This document shows positions 10,413 through 19,528 of a stretch of 64,000 nt of DNA, in pieces. The DNA lies in the NCBI GenBank assembly GCA_963700635.1, contig CAVOYH010000003.1, forward strand, positions 384,001 to 448,000, written 5' to 3'. Positions within the stretch are counted from its first letter, which is position 1, and the number at the start of each line of letters is the position of its first letter. Below the pieces are notes generated by a model. The model did not search any database, was not told the DNA's origin, and was given only the letters and a program-made list of their open reading frames with translations. The position numbers and the translations under genes are program-made. Source of the DNA: an uncultured Bacteroidota bacterium (lineage in GTDB: Bacteria > Bacteroidota > Ignavibacteria > UBA10030 > UBA6906).

Positions 10413-11489
10413 ATGCACAAGAAACTCTTTATCCCCGGTCCGACAGAAGTTGCCCCCGATGTTCTTCAGAAAATGGCCACTCCGATGATCGGTCACCGGT
10501 CAAAGGACGCGTCAACACTCCAGCGCGAGATCAGTGAAAAGATGCGAAAGGTATTCCATACCGCGAACCCCATTCTTCTTTCCACCACGTCGGGATCGGG
10601 CCTGATGGAAGGATCCATCCGATCCCTCACCGCAAAACGGGCGGTGGTCTTCTCCGTCGGTGCATTTGGCAACCGCTGGTACAAGATGGCCGAAGCAAAT
10701 GGTGTCGGAGCCGACAAAGTGGAGTCCGAATGGGGTAAACCCACCACCCCGGAAATGGTGGACAAAGCCCTTGCCACCGGCAAATATGATGTGTTTACCG
10801 TCACGCATAATGAGACATCCACGGGAATTATGAATCCGGTCGCGGAAATCGCAGAAGTGAGGAAGAAGTATCCGGATGTACTCTGGCTTGTTGATGCTGT
10901 CAGCTCCATGGCAGGTGCGAAAATAGAAGTTGACAAGCTCGGCATTGACGTCTGTATCACATCCACCCAAAAAGCCCTGGCCCTCCCTCCCGGAATGGCA
11001 ATCTGCTCTATCACGCCGCGGGCCCTGGAGCACGGGAAGCTGGTAAAACAGCGCGGATGGTATCTGGATCTCCTGGAGATCTACAAATACGTCGAGACCA
11101 AGGACCATCAGTACTCTGCAACGCCTTCGCTCTCCCACATGTTTGCCCTGAATTACCAGCTGGACCGGATCCTTGCCGAAGGTCTCGAAAAAAGGTACGC
11201 ACGGCACAGGGAAATGGCCGAATACACGCGCGCGTGGGCGAAGAAAAACTTTGCACTCTTTCCCCAGGAGAACTGTGCGTCCCTGACGCTGACGACCATC
11301 ACCAATACTCGGTCGATCTCGGTAAAGGCGCTGAACGACGCCCTGGCTAAGATGGGGATGCAGATCTCCAACGGTTATGGTGACCTCAAGGAAAAAACAT
11401 TCCGCATCGCACACATGGGTGAGCTGACGATGTCGGACATCAAGGAAGTCATCGCCGCGATCGACAAGATCCTTCCGACGCTCGGCTGA
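10413..11489 (+). CDS. class V PLP aminotransferase (serine-pyruvate/alanine-glyoxylate or phosphoserine type)
   Basis: LFIPGPTEV, THNETSTG, VDAVSS, TSTQKAL (PLP Lys), FRIAHMG; start set at ATG 10413 after AGAGG. Confidence 0.9.
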   Translation: MHKKLFIPGPTEVAPDVLQKMATPMIGHRSKDASTLQREISEKMRKVFHTANPILLSTTSGSGLMEGSIRSLTAKRAVVFSVGAFGNRWYKMAEANGVGADKVESEWGKPTTPEMVDKALATGKYDVFTVTHNETSTGIMNPVAEIAEVRKKYPDVLWLVDAVSSMAGAKIEVDKLGIDVCITSTQKALALPPGMAICSITPRALEHGKLVKQRGWYLDLLEIYKYVETKDHQYSATPSLSHMFALNYQLDRILAEGLEKRYARHREMAEYTRAWAKKNFALFPQENCASLTLTTITNTRSISVKALNDALAKMGMQISNGYGDLKEKTFRIAHMGELTMSDIKEVIAAIDKILPTLG

Positions 11490-11564
11490 AATACCCCGGC
11501 AGGGTGCAGGTAAAGCACCCCGGGAAGGTCAAAGAGTCACACATTCACAACGCACATCGAGGCC

Positions 11565-12806
11565 ATGGCCACACTCCGTCCGTTCAAAGGGTACCGCCCT
11601 CTCCCACACTACGCCGCACAGGTTGCAGCAAAACCGTATGACGTGCTCAATTCAGAAGAAGCGCGCATCGAAGTACAGGGCAATCCATTTTCGTTCCTGC
11701 ATGTCGGGAAACCCGAGATCGATCTCCCTTCCGAAGTGCATCTCTATGACCAACGGGTGTATCAAAAGGGAAAAGAGAATCTCGAAAGACTGATCGGGGA
11801 TGGAATCCTGAAGGAGGATTCGTTACCGGCCTTCTATATCTACGCCCAGACCATGGGGGGACACACCCAGTATGGAATCGTCGGATGCGCGTCGGTGCAG
11901 GAGTATCTGGATAACACCATCAAGAAACACGAACTCACGCGAAAAGACAAGGAAGACGACCGGACGAACCATGTACGGGTGACCAACGCCCATTCCGGTC
12001 CGATTTTTCTGACGTACCGCGCACAGCCGTCGATTGATACCATTGTGACCGGCGTGTGCGCATCGGCGCCGGAGTATGACTTCGTCGCCGGAGACGATAT
12101 CCGGCACCGGTTGTGGGTCATCACCGATCCACAGACGCTCGTCGCAATTCAGAATGAGTTTAAGGCGATTCCGGCGTTGTACGTGGCGGACGGCCACCAC
12201 CGTTCTGCCGCCGCGGCGCGTGTGGGGAAGGAACTGGCCGACGCCAATCCGGGGCACCGCGGAGATGAAGAGTACAACTTCTTTCTGGCAGTGCTCTTTC
12301 CGCATAAACAGCTGCGCATAATGGATTACAACCGTGTTGTCAGGGATCTGAACGGCCGCACCGAAGAGCAGTTCCTCAAGGAGGTCCGGGCTTGCTTCGA
12401 GGTCGCGCCGGCCCCGGCACAGCACAAGCCTTCCCGCAAGGGAGAATACGGCATGTATCTGAATCACAGATGGTATTCGTTAGCGGCTCCCGCTTCGCTG
12501 ACGTCCGTCACCGACCCTGTTGAACGGCTTGACGTTTCGCTTCTGCAGAAAGCCATCCTTTCGCCCATCCTGGGAATCGATGATCCGCGGACGAGCAAAC
12601 GGATAGATTTTGTAGGAGGAATCAGGGGGTTGGGAGAGCTTGAAAAGCGGGTGGATTCAGGTGAGATGAAGGTTGCGTTCGCGCTCTTCCCGACGTCGAT
12701 AGAGGAATTGCTGGCCATCGCCGACGCCGGAAAAATTATGCCCCCCAAATCGACGTGGTTCGAGCCGAAGCTGAGGGACGGGGTGGTCGTGCATATGGTC
12801 CGGTAA
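11565..12806 (+). CDS. DUF1015 family protein
   Basis: PYDV, IKKHELTR, YVADGHHR, MPPKSTWFEPKLRDG. Confidence 0.9.
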   Translation: MATLRPFKGYRPLPHYAAQVAAKPYDVLNSEEARIEVQGNPFSFLHVGKPEIDLPSEVHLYDQRVYQKGKENLERLIGDGILKEDSLPAFYIYAQTMGGHTQYGIVGCASVQEYLDNTIKKHELTRKDKEDDRTNHVRVTNAHSGPIFLTYRAQPSIDTIVTGVCASAPEYDFVAGDDIRHRLWVITDPQTLVAIQNEFKAIPALYVADGHHRSAAAARVGKELADANPGHRGDEEYNFFLAVLFPHKQLRIMDYNRVVRDLNGRTEEQFLKEVRACFEVAPAPAQHKPSRKGEYGMYLNHRWYSLAAPASLTSVTDPVERLDVSLLQKAILSPILGIDDPRTSKRIDFVGGIRGLGELEKRVDSGEMKVAFALFPTSIEELLAIADAGKIMPPKSTWFEPKLRDGVVVHMVR

Positions 12807-12873
12807 CGCCCGCACCCCGGATGATCGGTTCACACCAAATCCATTCCGGGGCGTTGCTCCAGATCCGACTGTC

Positions 12874-13524
12874 TCAGAGCTCCTTGATGAGCTTCACGAC
12901 TTTCCACACAAAATTCACTTCCCGCCGTTTTACCACCACCGCGTCGAATTCGGGATTAAACGGTATCAGATGAAGATAATTCCCTTCAAACTTCACTTTC
13001 TTGAGTGTGTCTTCGCCGTTCACGCGCACGACGCAGACATCCCCTGACCGTGCTTCCTGCTGTGGACTCACGACGACAACATCGCCGTCCTCAATCCGCG
13101 TCGCCATGCTGTTTCCCTTCACCCTTAAGGCAAAAGCTTCGGGGTCTTTGATGTCATCCACCGTGACATAGTCATCGGTGTACTCGGGATGAAACAGCGT
13201 AGCGACCTTGCCCGCAGGGACAGCGGAGATGAGGGGGAGGTCCACCAGACGGGTCTTCCGGCGGGATGAACCCGGAAGCAGATACATGTTCTCCGGACGG
13301 GGGGGCAGTGCATAGATATCTCCTTCGCCGGTCAGGAGCCAGCTTGCCTGCACACCGGTCGCTTTTGCCAGTCGGGTGATGGCAACGCCATCAGGCACCT
13401 GCTCCCCTTTCTCCCACCGCTGCAACGTCCTGGTTACCACCCCGGCTTTGCCCGCAAGGGTGGCCTGATCCATCTCCTTGTTCTCCCTCGCCTCCCGCAA
13501 CCGTTCACCGATGGTATTCTTCAT
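12874..13524 (-). CDS. XRE HTH + S24 peptidase (CI/LexA-like autocleaving repressor)
   Basis: N-terminal HTH (RLREAR...LQRWEKG...WLLTGEG); Ala-Gly site VPAG; Ser in VKGNSM; Lys in TLKK. Confidence 0.9.
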   Translation of the reverse strand: MKNTIGERLREARENKEMDQATLAGKAGVVTRTLQRWEKGEQVPDGVAITRLAKATGVQASWLLTGEGDIYALPPRPENMYLLPGSSRRKTRLVDLPLISAVPAGKVATLFHPEYTDDYVTVDDIKDPEAFALRVKGNSMATRIEDGDVVVVSPQQEARSGDVCVVRVNGEDTLKKVKFEGNYLHLIPFNPEFDAVVVKRREVNFVWKVVKLIKEL

Positions 13525-13535
13525 TCATCTCCAGG

Positions 13536-13582
13536 GACATATTTGTCAACTTTTTTCTTGACAGTACGACATAAATGTCGTA
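13536..13582. promoter_or_regulatory. two palindromic operators, GACA-N4-TGTC
   Basis: GACATATTTGTC (13536-13547) and perfect inverted repeat TACGACAT-AA-ATGTCGTA (13565-13582). Confidence 0.75.
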
Positions 13583-13586
13583 TCAT
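13558..13586 (+). promoter_or_regulatory. sigma70 promoter for DUF72
   Basis: TTGACA-17 bp-TATCAT with the palindrome in the spacer. Confidence 0.75.
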
Positions 13587-13596
13587 GCTGGTGGTC

Positions 13597-13625
13597 AATA
13601 TACGGAAGGCAAGGGAGACTGTCAA
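13597..13625 (-). promoter_or_regulatory. sigma70 promoter for the repressor
   Basis: Minus strand TTGACA-17 bp-TATATT. Confidence 0.7.
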
Positions 13626-13651
13626 GGTTTTTTTTCAGAGGAGAGGCGAAG

Positions 13652-14560
13652 ATGAATAGTGCACGGTATCTTGTGGGTATCGGCGGATGGGAACACGACA
13701 TTCTGGATCATTGTTTCTATCCGGCCGCGGGCGCTTCGTCCGCACAGAAACTGGAGTTTTACGCCAGGTACTTCAACACGACGGAGATTCGTCCCACGTT
13801 CTGGGACGCTTCACTGGGCGCGAGCGATGCGCGCGAGTGGGCACGTGCCGTCTCCGCGAGGAGGGATTTCCGGTTTGTCGTAAAACTTCACTCTTCACTC
13901 ACACACGCACGGACGATCACCGCCCCCGTCGTGCACTCCATGCTTGATGTGCTGCATGAACTCCAACGTGGCGGCCAGCTGGGAGCCGTGCTGGCTCAAT
14001 TCCCCTATGCGTTCACGAACACCGGCGCCCACCGGTTCCATCTGGAAAAACTCGCCGCGACCTTCCGCGGGTTCCCCGTGCATGTGGAGCTCCGCCATGC
14101 GTCCTGGGAACAACCGTTTCTGGCAAGATTCTTCCGGGATCTTGATCTCTCTCCTGTTCATGCCGATCTCCCCCGGATCAAGCAGTTTCCGGTTTCCTTT
14201 CCCCGGCCGATCGGCCAGCAAGCGTATTTCCGGTTACACGGACGGAATGAAAAGGGGTGGCTGTTGAATGGCTACGATATCCGTTACGATTACCTCTACA
14301 ATACGCGGGAACTCCGGGAAATAAAACGGCGCGCGCTTTCCGTTCCGCCAAACTGCACAGATGTGCTTCTCCTCTGGAACAACACCACGGGAGGAAAGGG
14401 CCTTGCCAATGCCATGGAGATGAATGCGGCCCTGCACGAAGGCCGAACGATCTCTCTTCCTGCTCCAACCCTCCGCTCTTTTCCGCATCTGGCAAAAATC
14501 AACAGGCCGGCAGATCTCACGGGATCACTGTTTGACGGAGAATATAGAGACGTGGGGTAG
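13652..14560 (+). CDS. DUF72 domain protein
   Basis: GIGGW, LEFYARYF, LAQFP, VELRHASW, YFRLHGRN, YDYLY. Confidence 0.9.
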   Translation: MNSARYLVGIGGWEHDILDHCFYPAAGASSAQKLEFYARYFNTTEIRPTFWDASLGASDAREWARAVSARRDFRFVVKLHSSLTHARTITAPVVHSMLDVLHELQRGGQLGAVLAQFPYAFTNTGAHRFHLEKLAATFRGFPVHVELRHASWEQPFLARFFRDLDLSPVHADLPRIKQFPVSFPRPIGQQAYFRLHGRNEKGWLLNGYDIRYDYLYNTRELREIKRRALSVPPNCTDVLLLWNNTTGGKGLANAMEMNAALHEGRTISLPAPTLRSFPHLAKINRPADLTGSLFDGEYRDVG

Positions 14561-14622
14561 AGTCCATTGAGCTCCCGGCCGCACGGACCGACATGGTTCA
14601 ACACAGTGCGGGGAGATCGGCT

Positions 14623-15480
14623 TCAGGAGTATACACCGGCCAGCGGAAATAGCCTGACAGGCCGGGGGGGCTTCACTGAGTTAATGAGATTAGCGGGGTC
14701 GGCGGGGAGGATAGGGCGGCTTTTTCCCTGAACCGCGCGGGCCGGACGAAGAAGGTCTGCCGGAGGACGAAGAGGTCCTGCCGGAGGACGAAGAGGTCTG
14801 CCGGAGGACGAAGAGGTCCTGCCGGAGGACGAAGAAGGTCTGCCGGAGGATGAAGAGGTTCTGTCGGAGGATGATGAAGGTCTGCCGGAGGACGAGCGAT
14901 TCGAGGACGAGCCTCTGTTCCCGCTCGTCGGACGCTGGCCTGATGATGGGCGTTTGGAATATGAAGTGGGTCTCGGCCTCATCGGTGGCGGTCCGGGCTG
15001 CAACCACTTGACAAAGGAGCCCTGGAATTCATACTCCTCAGGGGCCCGCGCAAGTTTCTCCTTCACAGGCGTCCTCCAGATCTCCCGGGCAAGGACCTTC
15101 GTTTCCTCCCCCTTGCGCAGCACACGCTCGCGATATGTTTTCTTCCACAAGACATGCCCGATGCCGGACACCATCCGGTCATTTGCCGCGGCACGAAAGG
15201 CGCTCAAGAATCCTTTCATGTAGGATTCATCATCCTTCCCCTGTACGAGCAATAGTACCCGTGCGGGGAGGAAACAGTATGCCTGTACTTCAAATCGATG
15301 CTCCATCGCCGTCTCGCGCAGGGCGTTCAGCACGTTCAGCACCCGCTCCCTGGCGGTGAAGACCGCGGCGCCGGCATGTGTCTCAAGGGTGATGACGTAC
15401 CGGTGCCGCCCGCGATAGTTAAACCGTTCCCGCGGTGTTTCTCCAGCACTGTACAGCTGCATGACGTCCGTTGTTGCCAT
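14623..15480 (-). CDS. RAYT/Y1 (IS200-like) transposase-fold protein, degenerate active site, Ser-rich tail
   Basis: RFNYRGRHRYVITLET, YCFLPARVLLLV, LWKKTYRERVLR, EIWRTPVKEKL follow the RAYT layout; probable original stop at 14690. Confidence 0.7.
   Translation of the reverse strand: MATTDVMQLYSAGETPRERFNYRGRHRYVITLETHAGAAVFTARERVLNVLNALRETAMEHRFEVQAYCFLPARVLLLVQGKDDESYMKGFLSAFRAAANDRMVSGIGHVLWKKTYRERVLRKGEETKVLAREIWRTPVKEKLARAPEEYEFQGSFVKWLQPGPPPMRPRPTSYSKRPSSGQRPTSGNRGSSSNRSSSGRPSSSSDRTSSSSGRPSSSSGRTSSSSGRPLRPPAGPLRPPADLLRPARAVQGKSRPILPADPANLINSVKPPRPVRLFPLAGVYS
14741..14896. repeat. 21-bp tandem repeat (about 7 units, CCGGAGGACGAAGA(G/A)GT(C)CTG) encoding SSSSGR(P/T)
   Basis: Units start at 14760, 14781 (only 20 bp), 14801, 14822, 14843, 14864, with partial flanking units. 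Confidence 0.9.
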
Positions 15481-15484
15481 GTCG

Positions 15485-16285
15485 TTAGAACAACCCTCTC
15501 ATCATCCCGCCATCCACGCTCACCGTTGCACCTGTCACGTAACTCGCCCGTTCCGATCCCAGAAACACGATCACATTGGCAAGTTCTTCAGGATCGCCGT
15601 AGCGCAGCAGCGGAATATCACCGGCCTGGTTCTGGAAATACTCCTCTACGGAGAGTCCCTGCTGTTTTGATCGCAGCGTGCCGATCTGCTGCATGCGGTT
15701 TGTAAGCATGAATCCCGGCGCCACGCTGTTTATCAGAATGCCGTCCTTGCCGCACTGCGATGCCAGCACCCGTGAGAGTCCCAGGATGCCGGGGCGGAGT
15801 GCCGAGGAGACGACCAGGTCATTTATCGGTTGTTTTGCGGCGATCGACGTAATGTTGACGATGCGGCCCCATTTCCTTTTGCGCATATGAGGAAGAACTG
15901 CACGGATACACCGCACGGTGCTCATCAGGGTCAACGTTACACCCTTCGTCCACTGAGCATCATCCAGAGCCTCGAATGGCGCAACAGGGGGACCGCCGGC
16001 ATTGGTAACAAGCACATCGATCCGCCCGAAGGTCTTCATTGTCCTGGTTACCATAGCTGAAATATGCCTGGGTTTCGTCAGGTCTGCGACCATGGGCACA
16101 ACCCGTACCGGAAGGTCCTCGGCAGCAGCACGTATCTCCTTCGCCGTCTCCGTAAGAGCCTTCCGCTCGCGGGAACAGATAACAACATGCGCGCCCTCTC
16201 GGGCAAATCCCAACGCTGCCGCCTTGCCCAATCCATGACTTGCCGCGCAGACAAGCGCTACGCGGCCGCGAAGTCCAAGATCCAT
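15485..16285 (-). CDS. SDR family oxidoreductase
   Basis: AASHGLG, TNAGGPP, GRIVNITS, VDGG. Confidence 0.92.
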   Translation of the reverse strand: MDLGLRGRVALVCAASHGLGKAAALGFAREGAHVVICSRERKALTETAKEIRAAAEDLPVRVVPMVADLTKPRHISAMVTRTMKTFGRIDVLVTNAGGPPVAPFEALDDAQWTKGVTLTLMSTVRCIRAVLPHMRKRKWGRIVNITSIAAKQPINDLVVSSALRPGILGLSRVLASQCGKDGILINSVAPGFMLTNRMQQIGTLRSKQQGLSVEEYFQNQAGDIPLLRYGDPEELANVIVFLGSERASYVTGATVSVDGGMMRGLF

Positions 16286-16410
16286 AGGATGTTCAACCTT
16301 GTGAGGTTAGTGGCAGTCCGATGGGCGCGCGCAGTGCGCGCCCGATCCGGACTCGTGCTCTAACGTGCGGAGAAGAACCGGCCGTTCACGACAACCGAAA
16401 GCACACCCTT

Positions 16411-16674
16411 TCACTCAGAAATACCGCGTGCTTTGAGAGCGCCGCGAATCCGAACCACGGCCTCTGCTTCCGGAATCTGCAGCCGGGCGGCCGTCGTGTT
16501 CACCACAATGTCCAGCGGATCCCGGCGATGCGAAAGCCAGAGCCAGATGTTGTACCCCAGCCGGTCACGATCGTGTGGCTCTGCCACCGGAATTCCTGCA
16601 ACACTTTCGTATGCAATTTTTTCAAGTGAACCTTCGGCACCCGGCTTTATCGGTGAAGGAGCTTTCGTCGTCAT
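16411..16674 (-). CDS. small hypothetical protein
   Basis: 87 aa MTTKAPSP... after AAGGAAG RBS; fills gap in minus-strand run. Confidence 0.6.
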   Translation of the reverse strand: MTTKAPSPIKPGAEGSLEKIAYESVAGIPVAEPHDRDRLGYNIWLWLSHRRDPLDIVVNTTAARLQIPEAEAVVRIRGALKARGISE

Positions 16675-16752
16675 TCGTGCTTCCTTATTGTCCCTGGCAA
16701 AATGGTGACCCGCAACGGAGAATGCGACCAATATACACAATCCCGGCTGGCA

Positions 16753-19488
16753 TTACAATTGATAGCCAATCATGAAATATGCCATGAATGGTCCCTGCTG
16801 TACGGGTTGATTCGAAAGGCCGGGTTGGAAATAGAACGCTTTTCCCATTCCTACTACGGCAGGACCTATAGGCGTTGCAAGGGCGAGTTCCAGCCCAACT
16901 CCGTGCAGGAGCGAACTGAATTTTATCTCTTCCGGCACCGCAGAAATGGTACCAAAATCGTATCGCGCCCGGATATACGTGTCAAAAAGCCACCGGATTG
17001 GCAGCATGTATCTCAGTTCGATGTTCACAAGGATTAATTGTCTCCCGCGACGGTCGTCTTCCCGCAATCCGTAAAACGAATCACGCCCTCCCATCCGGAA
17101 CTGTTGAGCGAGCGGCATAGTCTCATCGGCGAAACCGATGGTAAACTTTGGATGAAAGGTGAAGTGTTCTCCCAGGCTGGCGTAACTCTCATACATCACC
17201 TGCAGTGCGTTGAAGCCCACATCACTTCCCAGACTTTCCAGGCAGAACTCATACGACATCCGGAATCCGACTCCGGATGTCGGAAACGGGTAGGCGTTTT
17301 TTGTATCGACGATGGTTGCCAGCCGGACCATCGCAAGATGGTACCGTGCACCCAGGGCCGGCACATTGTCCAGATTCACCAGCCGGACATTCTGTACAAT
17401 CAGTTCAGCGGTTGCGTTGCCAAGGCGTTCCAGCAGACTCCCGAACGAGAGGCTGACCCCGTACCGTATGTCACGATATTCGCCAATACTCTCACGTTCC
17501 CAGCGGTTTGGATGTGAAAGTGAACTGTTCACGTAGAGGTACGAATCGTATGACCGGTGGAACGCGCTTATCCCCAGAGTAAGATACGTTTCGAAAAGAC
17601 GTTGCGCGCTGAATTCCAGCTTCACGTCCCCGTTACGCTGTCCCCCCGAAACCGTGAGTCCCAGCTGCATCCCCGTCCCGCGGAAATTTTCATCCCGGAT
17701 GTCCACCAGTCCCTGCAGATGGCGTTCATCATCTGCGCGTAGCCCCATGCGGACAAGTTGCGAGGGCCGTTCTTTGATGCGAATCGTAAGCACGATCTCA
17801 TCCGTCAGCGATGTGATCTCCAGATACACGTACTCGAACAACGATGTTCCGTTGATTTGCGAAAGTCCACGGCGCGCCTGTTCCAGCTGGAACACATCGC
17901 CCGGCACCATGGGAAATTCCTGAAGAAGAAAGGCATCCTGTGTACGCACTCCCCCCTCTACCTCAATTCTGCCGACAACACCCTCATTCATGGTGATCGC
18001 AAGGACCCCGGAGCGTTCATCGAGGTTGAGTGATTCCACGTGAGCCAGGGAGACGCCCCGCTTCCGGTACAGCCTGATGAGATTTTCCCTGGCGAGGGTC
18101 GTCGCGTCGTGGTTCATCACCTTCCCGATGAGCGGCTGGAACACGGACTGCAACTCTGCGGAAGAAACGAGGCGATTTCCAGAAAAGACCACCCGGGAGA
18201 GCAGGGGGTTGGTTCTGGCATGCACCCACAACCGGGATCCCTCTGGCCCGGTCGTTACATCTGCCCAGACGCTATCATAGTTCCCCGTGGCATACACTGC
18301 GCCCAGAAATTGTTCCAGGTCATAGAGCGGAACCGGTCCGACCGTAAACGGCTGCGTGAGGGCCTCCCACAAAGAATCCGGGATCGCCGCATCGTCACGG
18401 TTACATGTGACCGGCGAGCGCAGAACTTCTCCCCCTGCAGCCGCAGCAATACTGTCTGTCAGCCGTTCGTACCGCTTCAGAATATCCGCCAGATGTTGTT
18501 CCGCCGTTTTATCCCCGATCCGGATGAGCGAATCAAGTCCTGCAAATGACGACGAAAGGTGACGCCCGATATCCGGCGTGATAATGATATCTCCGCCTGA
18601 CATCTGACGTTCGTTTACCTGCTTCATCATGATGCCCATGATCTGATCTGCAGTCTGCCAGGGGGCATTCATTTCATCCGCGCGCCGCAGTCCGCTTGCG
18701 GAATTAACAACAATAATAAGGTCACACCCTGCAGCACGCGCCACATCAACAGGAATATTGGATACCAGGCCCCCGTCCACGAGCTGCATGCTGTCTTTTT
18801 CGATAGGCGTAAACAGCAACGGAACTGTTGCGCTCGCGCGAAGCGCTTCAGCCAGCGAGCCATTCTGTAGAACAACCCGTTTCCCCGACACCAGATCCGT
18901 TGCCATGGCGCGGAAGGGTATTTTGAGATGATCAAAATCGGGGAATGGGTAATAGAGCGACTGAAGCATGCGGGCGCTGAGAAAATCTGTGAGGCGCTGC
19001 CCGGTGGATACCGCCGAAGGGAAGACCGGCTGCAATCCTTCAAATCGCACAGCAATAAAACTCCGGTCGTCGAAAATCTTCTGGTCCACAAACAACTGCG
19101 AACGCTGTATTTCGTCCCCGAGGCTGAGCACCTCATCCCAGTCCGTTGACACCGCGAGGGATTCAAGATCCTGTGTGGTGTATCCGGCGGCATACAGACC
19201 ACCGACAATCGCACCCATGCTCGTCGCGGCAATAAAATCAATGGGGATCCCGTTCCTCTCGAGGGATCGCAGGACACCAATCTGAGCAACGCCCCGGGCT
19301 CCACCACCGCTCAGGACAAGTCCGACTTTCGGGCGCTGAAGAGTATGTTGCGTGAGAAGACTTCGTTGTACCACGAAGGGAGGACGGAAGCGTGGATGGA
19401 GCACAAAGGAGGAATCAGCGGCGCAGAGGGCCTGTACACCGAACAACACCAGAACGGGGAGTACCATCATCCGGCGACGGCGCTTCAT
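16753..19488 (-). CDS. patatin-like phospholipase with POTRA and Omp85/BamA barrel (PlpD-like)
   Basis: LSGGGARG, ATSMG, VDGG; POTRA-like segments; FRMGGRDSFYG; terminal YFMIGYQL. Confidence 0.88.
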   Translation of the reverse strand: MKRRRRMMVLPVLVLFGVQALCAADSSFVLHPRFRPPFVVQRSLLTQHTLQRPKVGLVLSGGGARGVAQIGVLRSLERNGIPIDFIAATSMGAIVGGLYAAGYTTQDLESLAVSTDWDEVLSLGDEIQRSQLFVDQKIFDDRSFIAVRFEGLQPVFPSAVSTGQRLTDFLSARMLQSLYYPFPDFDHLKIPFRAMATDLVSGKRVVLQNGSLAEALRASATVPLLFTPIEKDSMQLVDGGLVSNIPVDVARAAGCDLIIVVNSASGLRRADEMNAPWQTADQIMGIMMKQVNERQMSGGDIIITPDIGRHLSSSFAGLDSLIRIGDKTAEQHLADILKRYERLTDSIAAAAGGEVLRSPVTCNRDDAAIPDSLWEALTQPFTVGPVPLYDLEQFLGAVYATGNYDSVWADVTTGPEGSRLWVHARTNPLLSRVVFSGNRLVSSAELQSVFQPLIGKVMNHDATTLARENLIRLYRKRGVSLAHVESLNLDERSGVLAITMNEGVVGRIEVEGGVRTQDAFLLQEFPMVPGDVFQLEQARRGLSQINGTSLFEYVYLEITSLTDEIVLTIRIKERPSQLVRMGLRADDERHLQGLVDIRDENFRGTGMQLGLTVSGGQRNGDVKLEFSAQRLFETYLTLGISAFHRSYDSYLYVNSSLSHPNRWERESIGEYRDIRYGVSLSFGSLLERLGNATAELIVQNVRLVNLDNVPALGARYHLAMVRLATIVDTKNAYPFPTSGVGFRMSYEFCLESLGSDVGFNALQVMYESYASLGEHFTFHPKFTIGFADETMPLAQQFRMGGRDSFYGLREDDRRGRQLILVNIELRYMLPIRWLFDTYIRARYDFGTISAVPEEIKFSSLLHGVGLELALATPIGPAVVGMGKAFYFQPGLSNQPVQQGPFMAYFMIGYQL

Positions 19489-19528
19489 CAGGACACCTCG
19501 CTCAGTCCCTCGCATGTATGCAGCGGAA

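Noticed and set aside
10512-11414. 300-aa minus-strand ORF
   Set aside because: Antisense shadow of the aminotransferase
12874-13651. Prophage immunity region
   Set aside because: No cro, integrase, replication or structural genes; the divergent gene is DUF72
14741-14896. Possible CRISPR array
   Set aside because: Repeats are directly adjacent with no spacers, lie in a coding frame, and no cas genes are present
14623-15480. Active IS200/IS605 element
   Set aside because: No HUH or catalytic Tyr, no tnpB, no recognisable element ends
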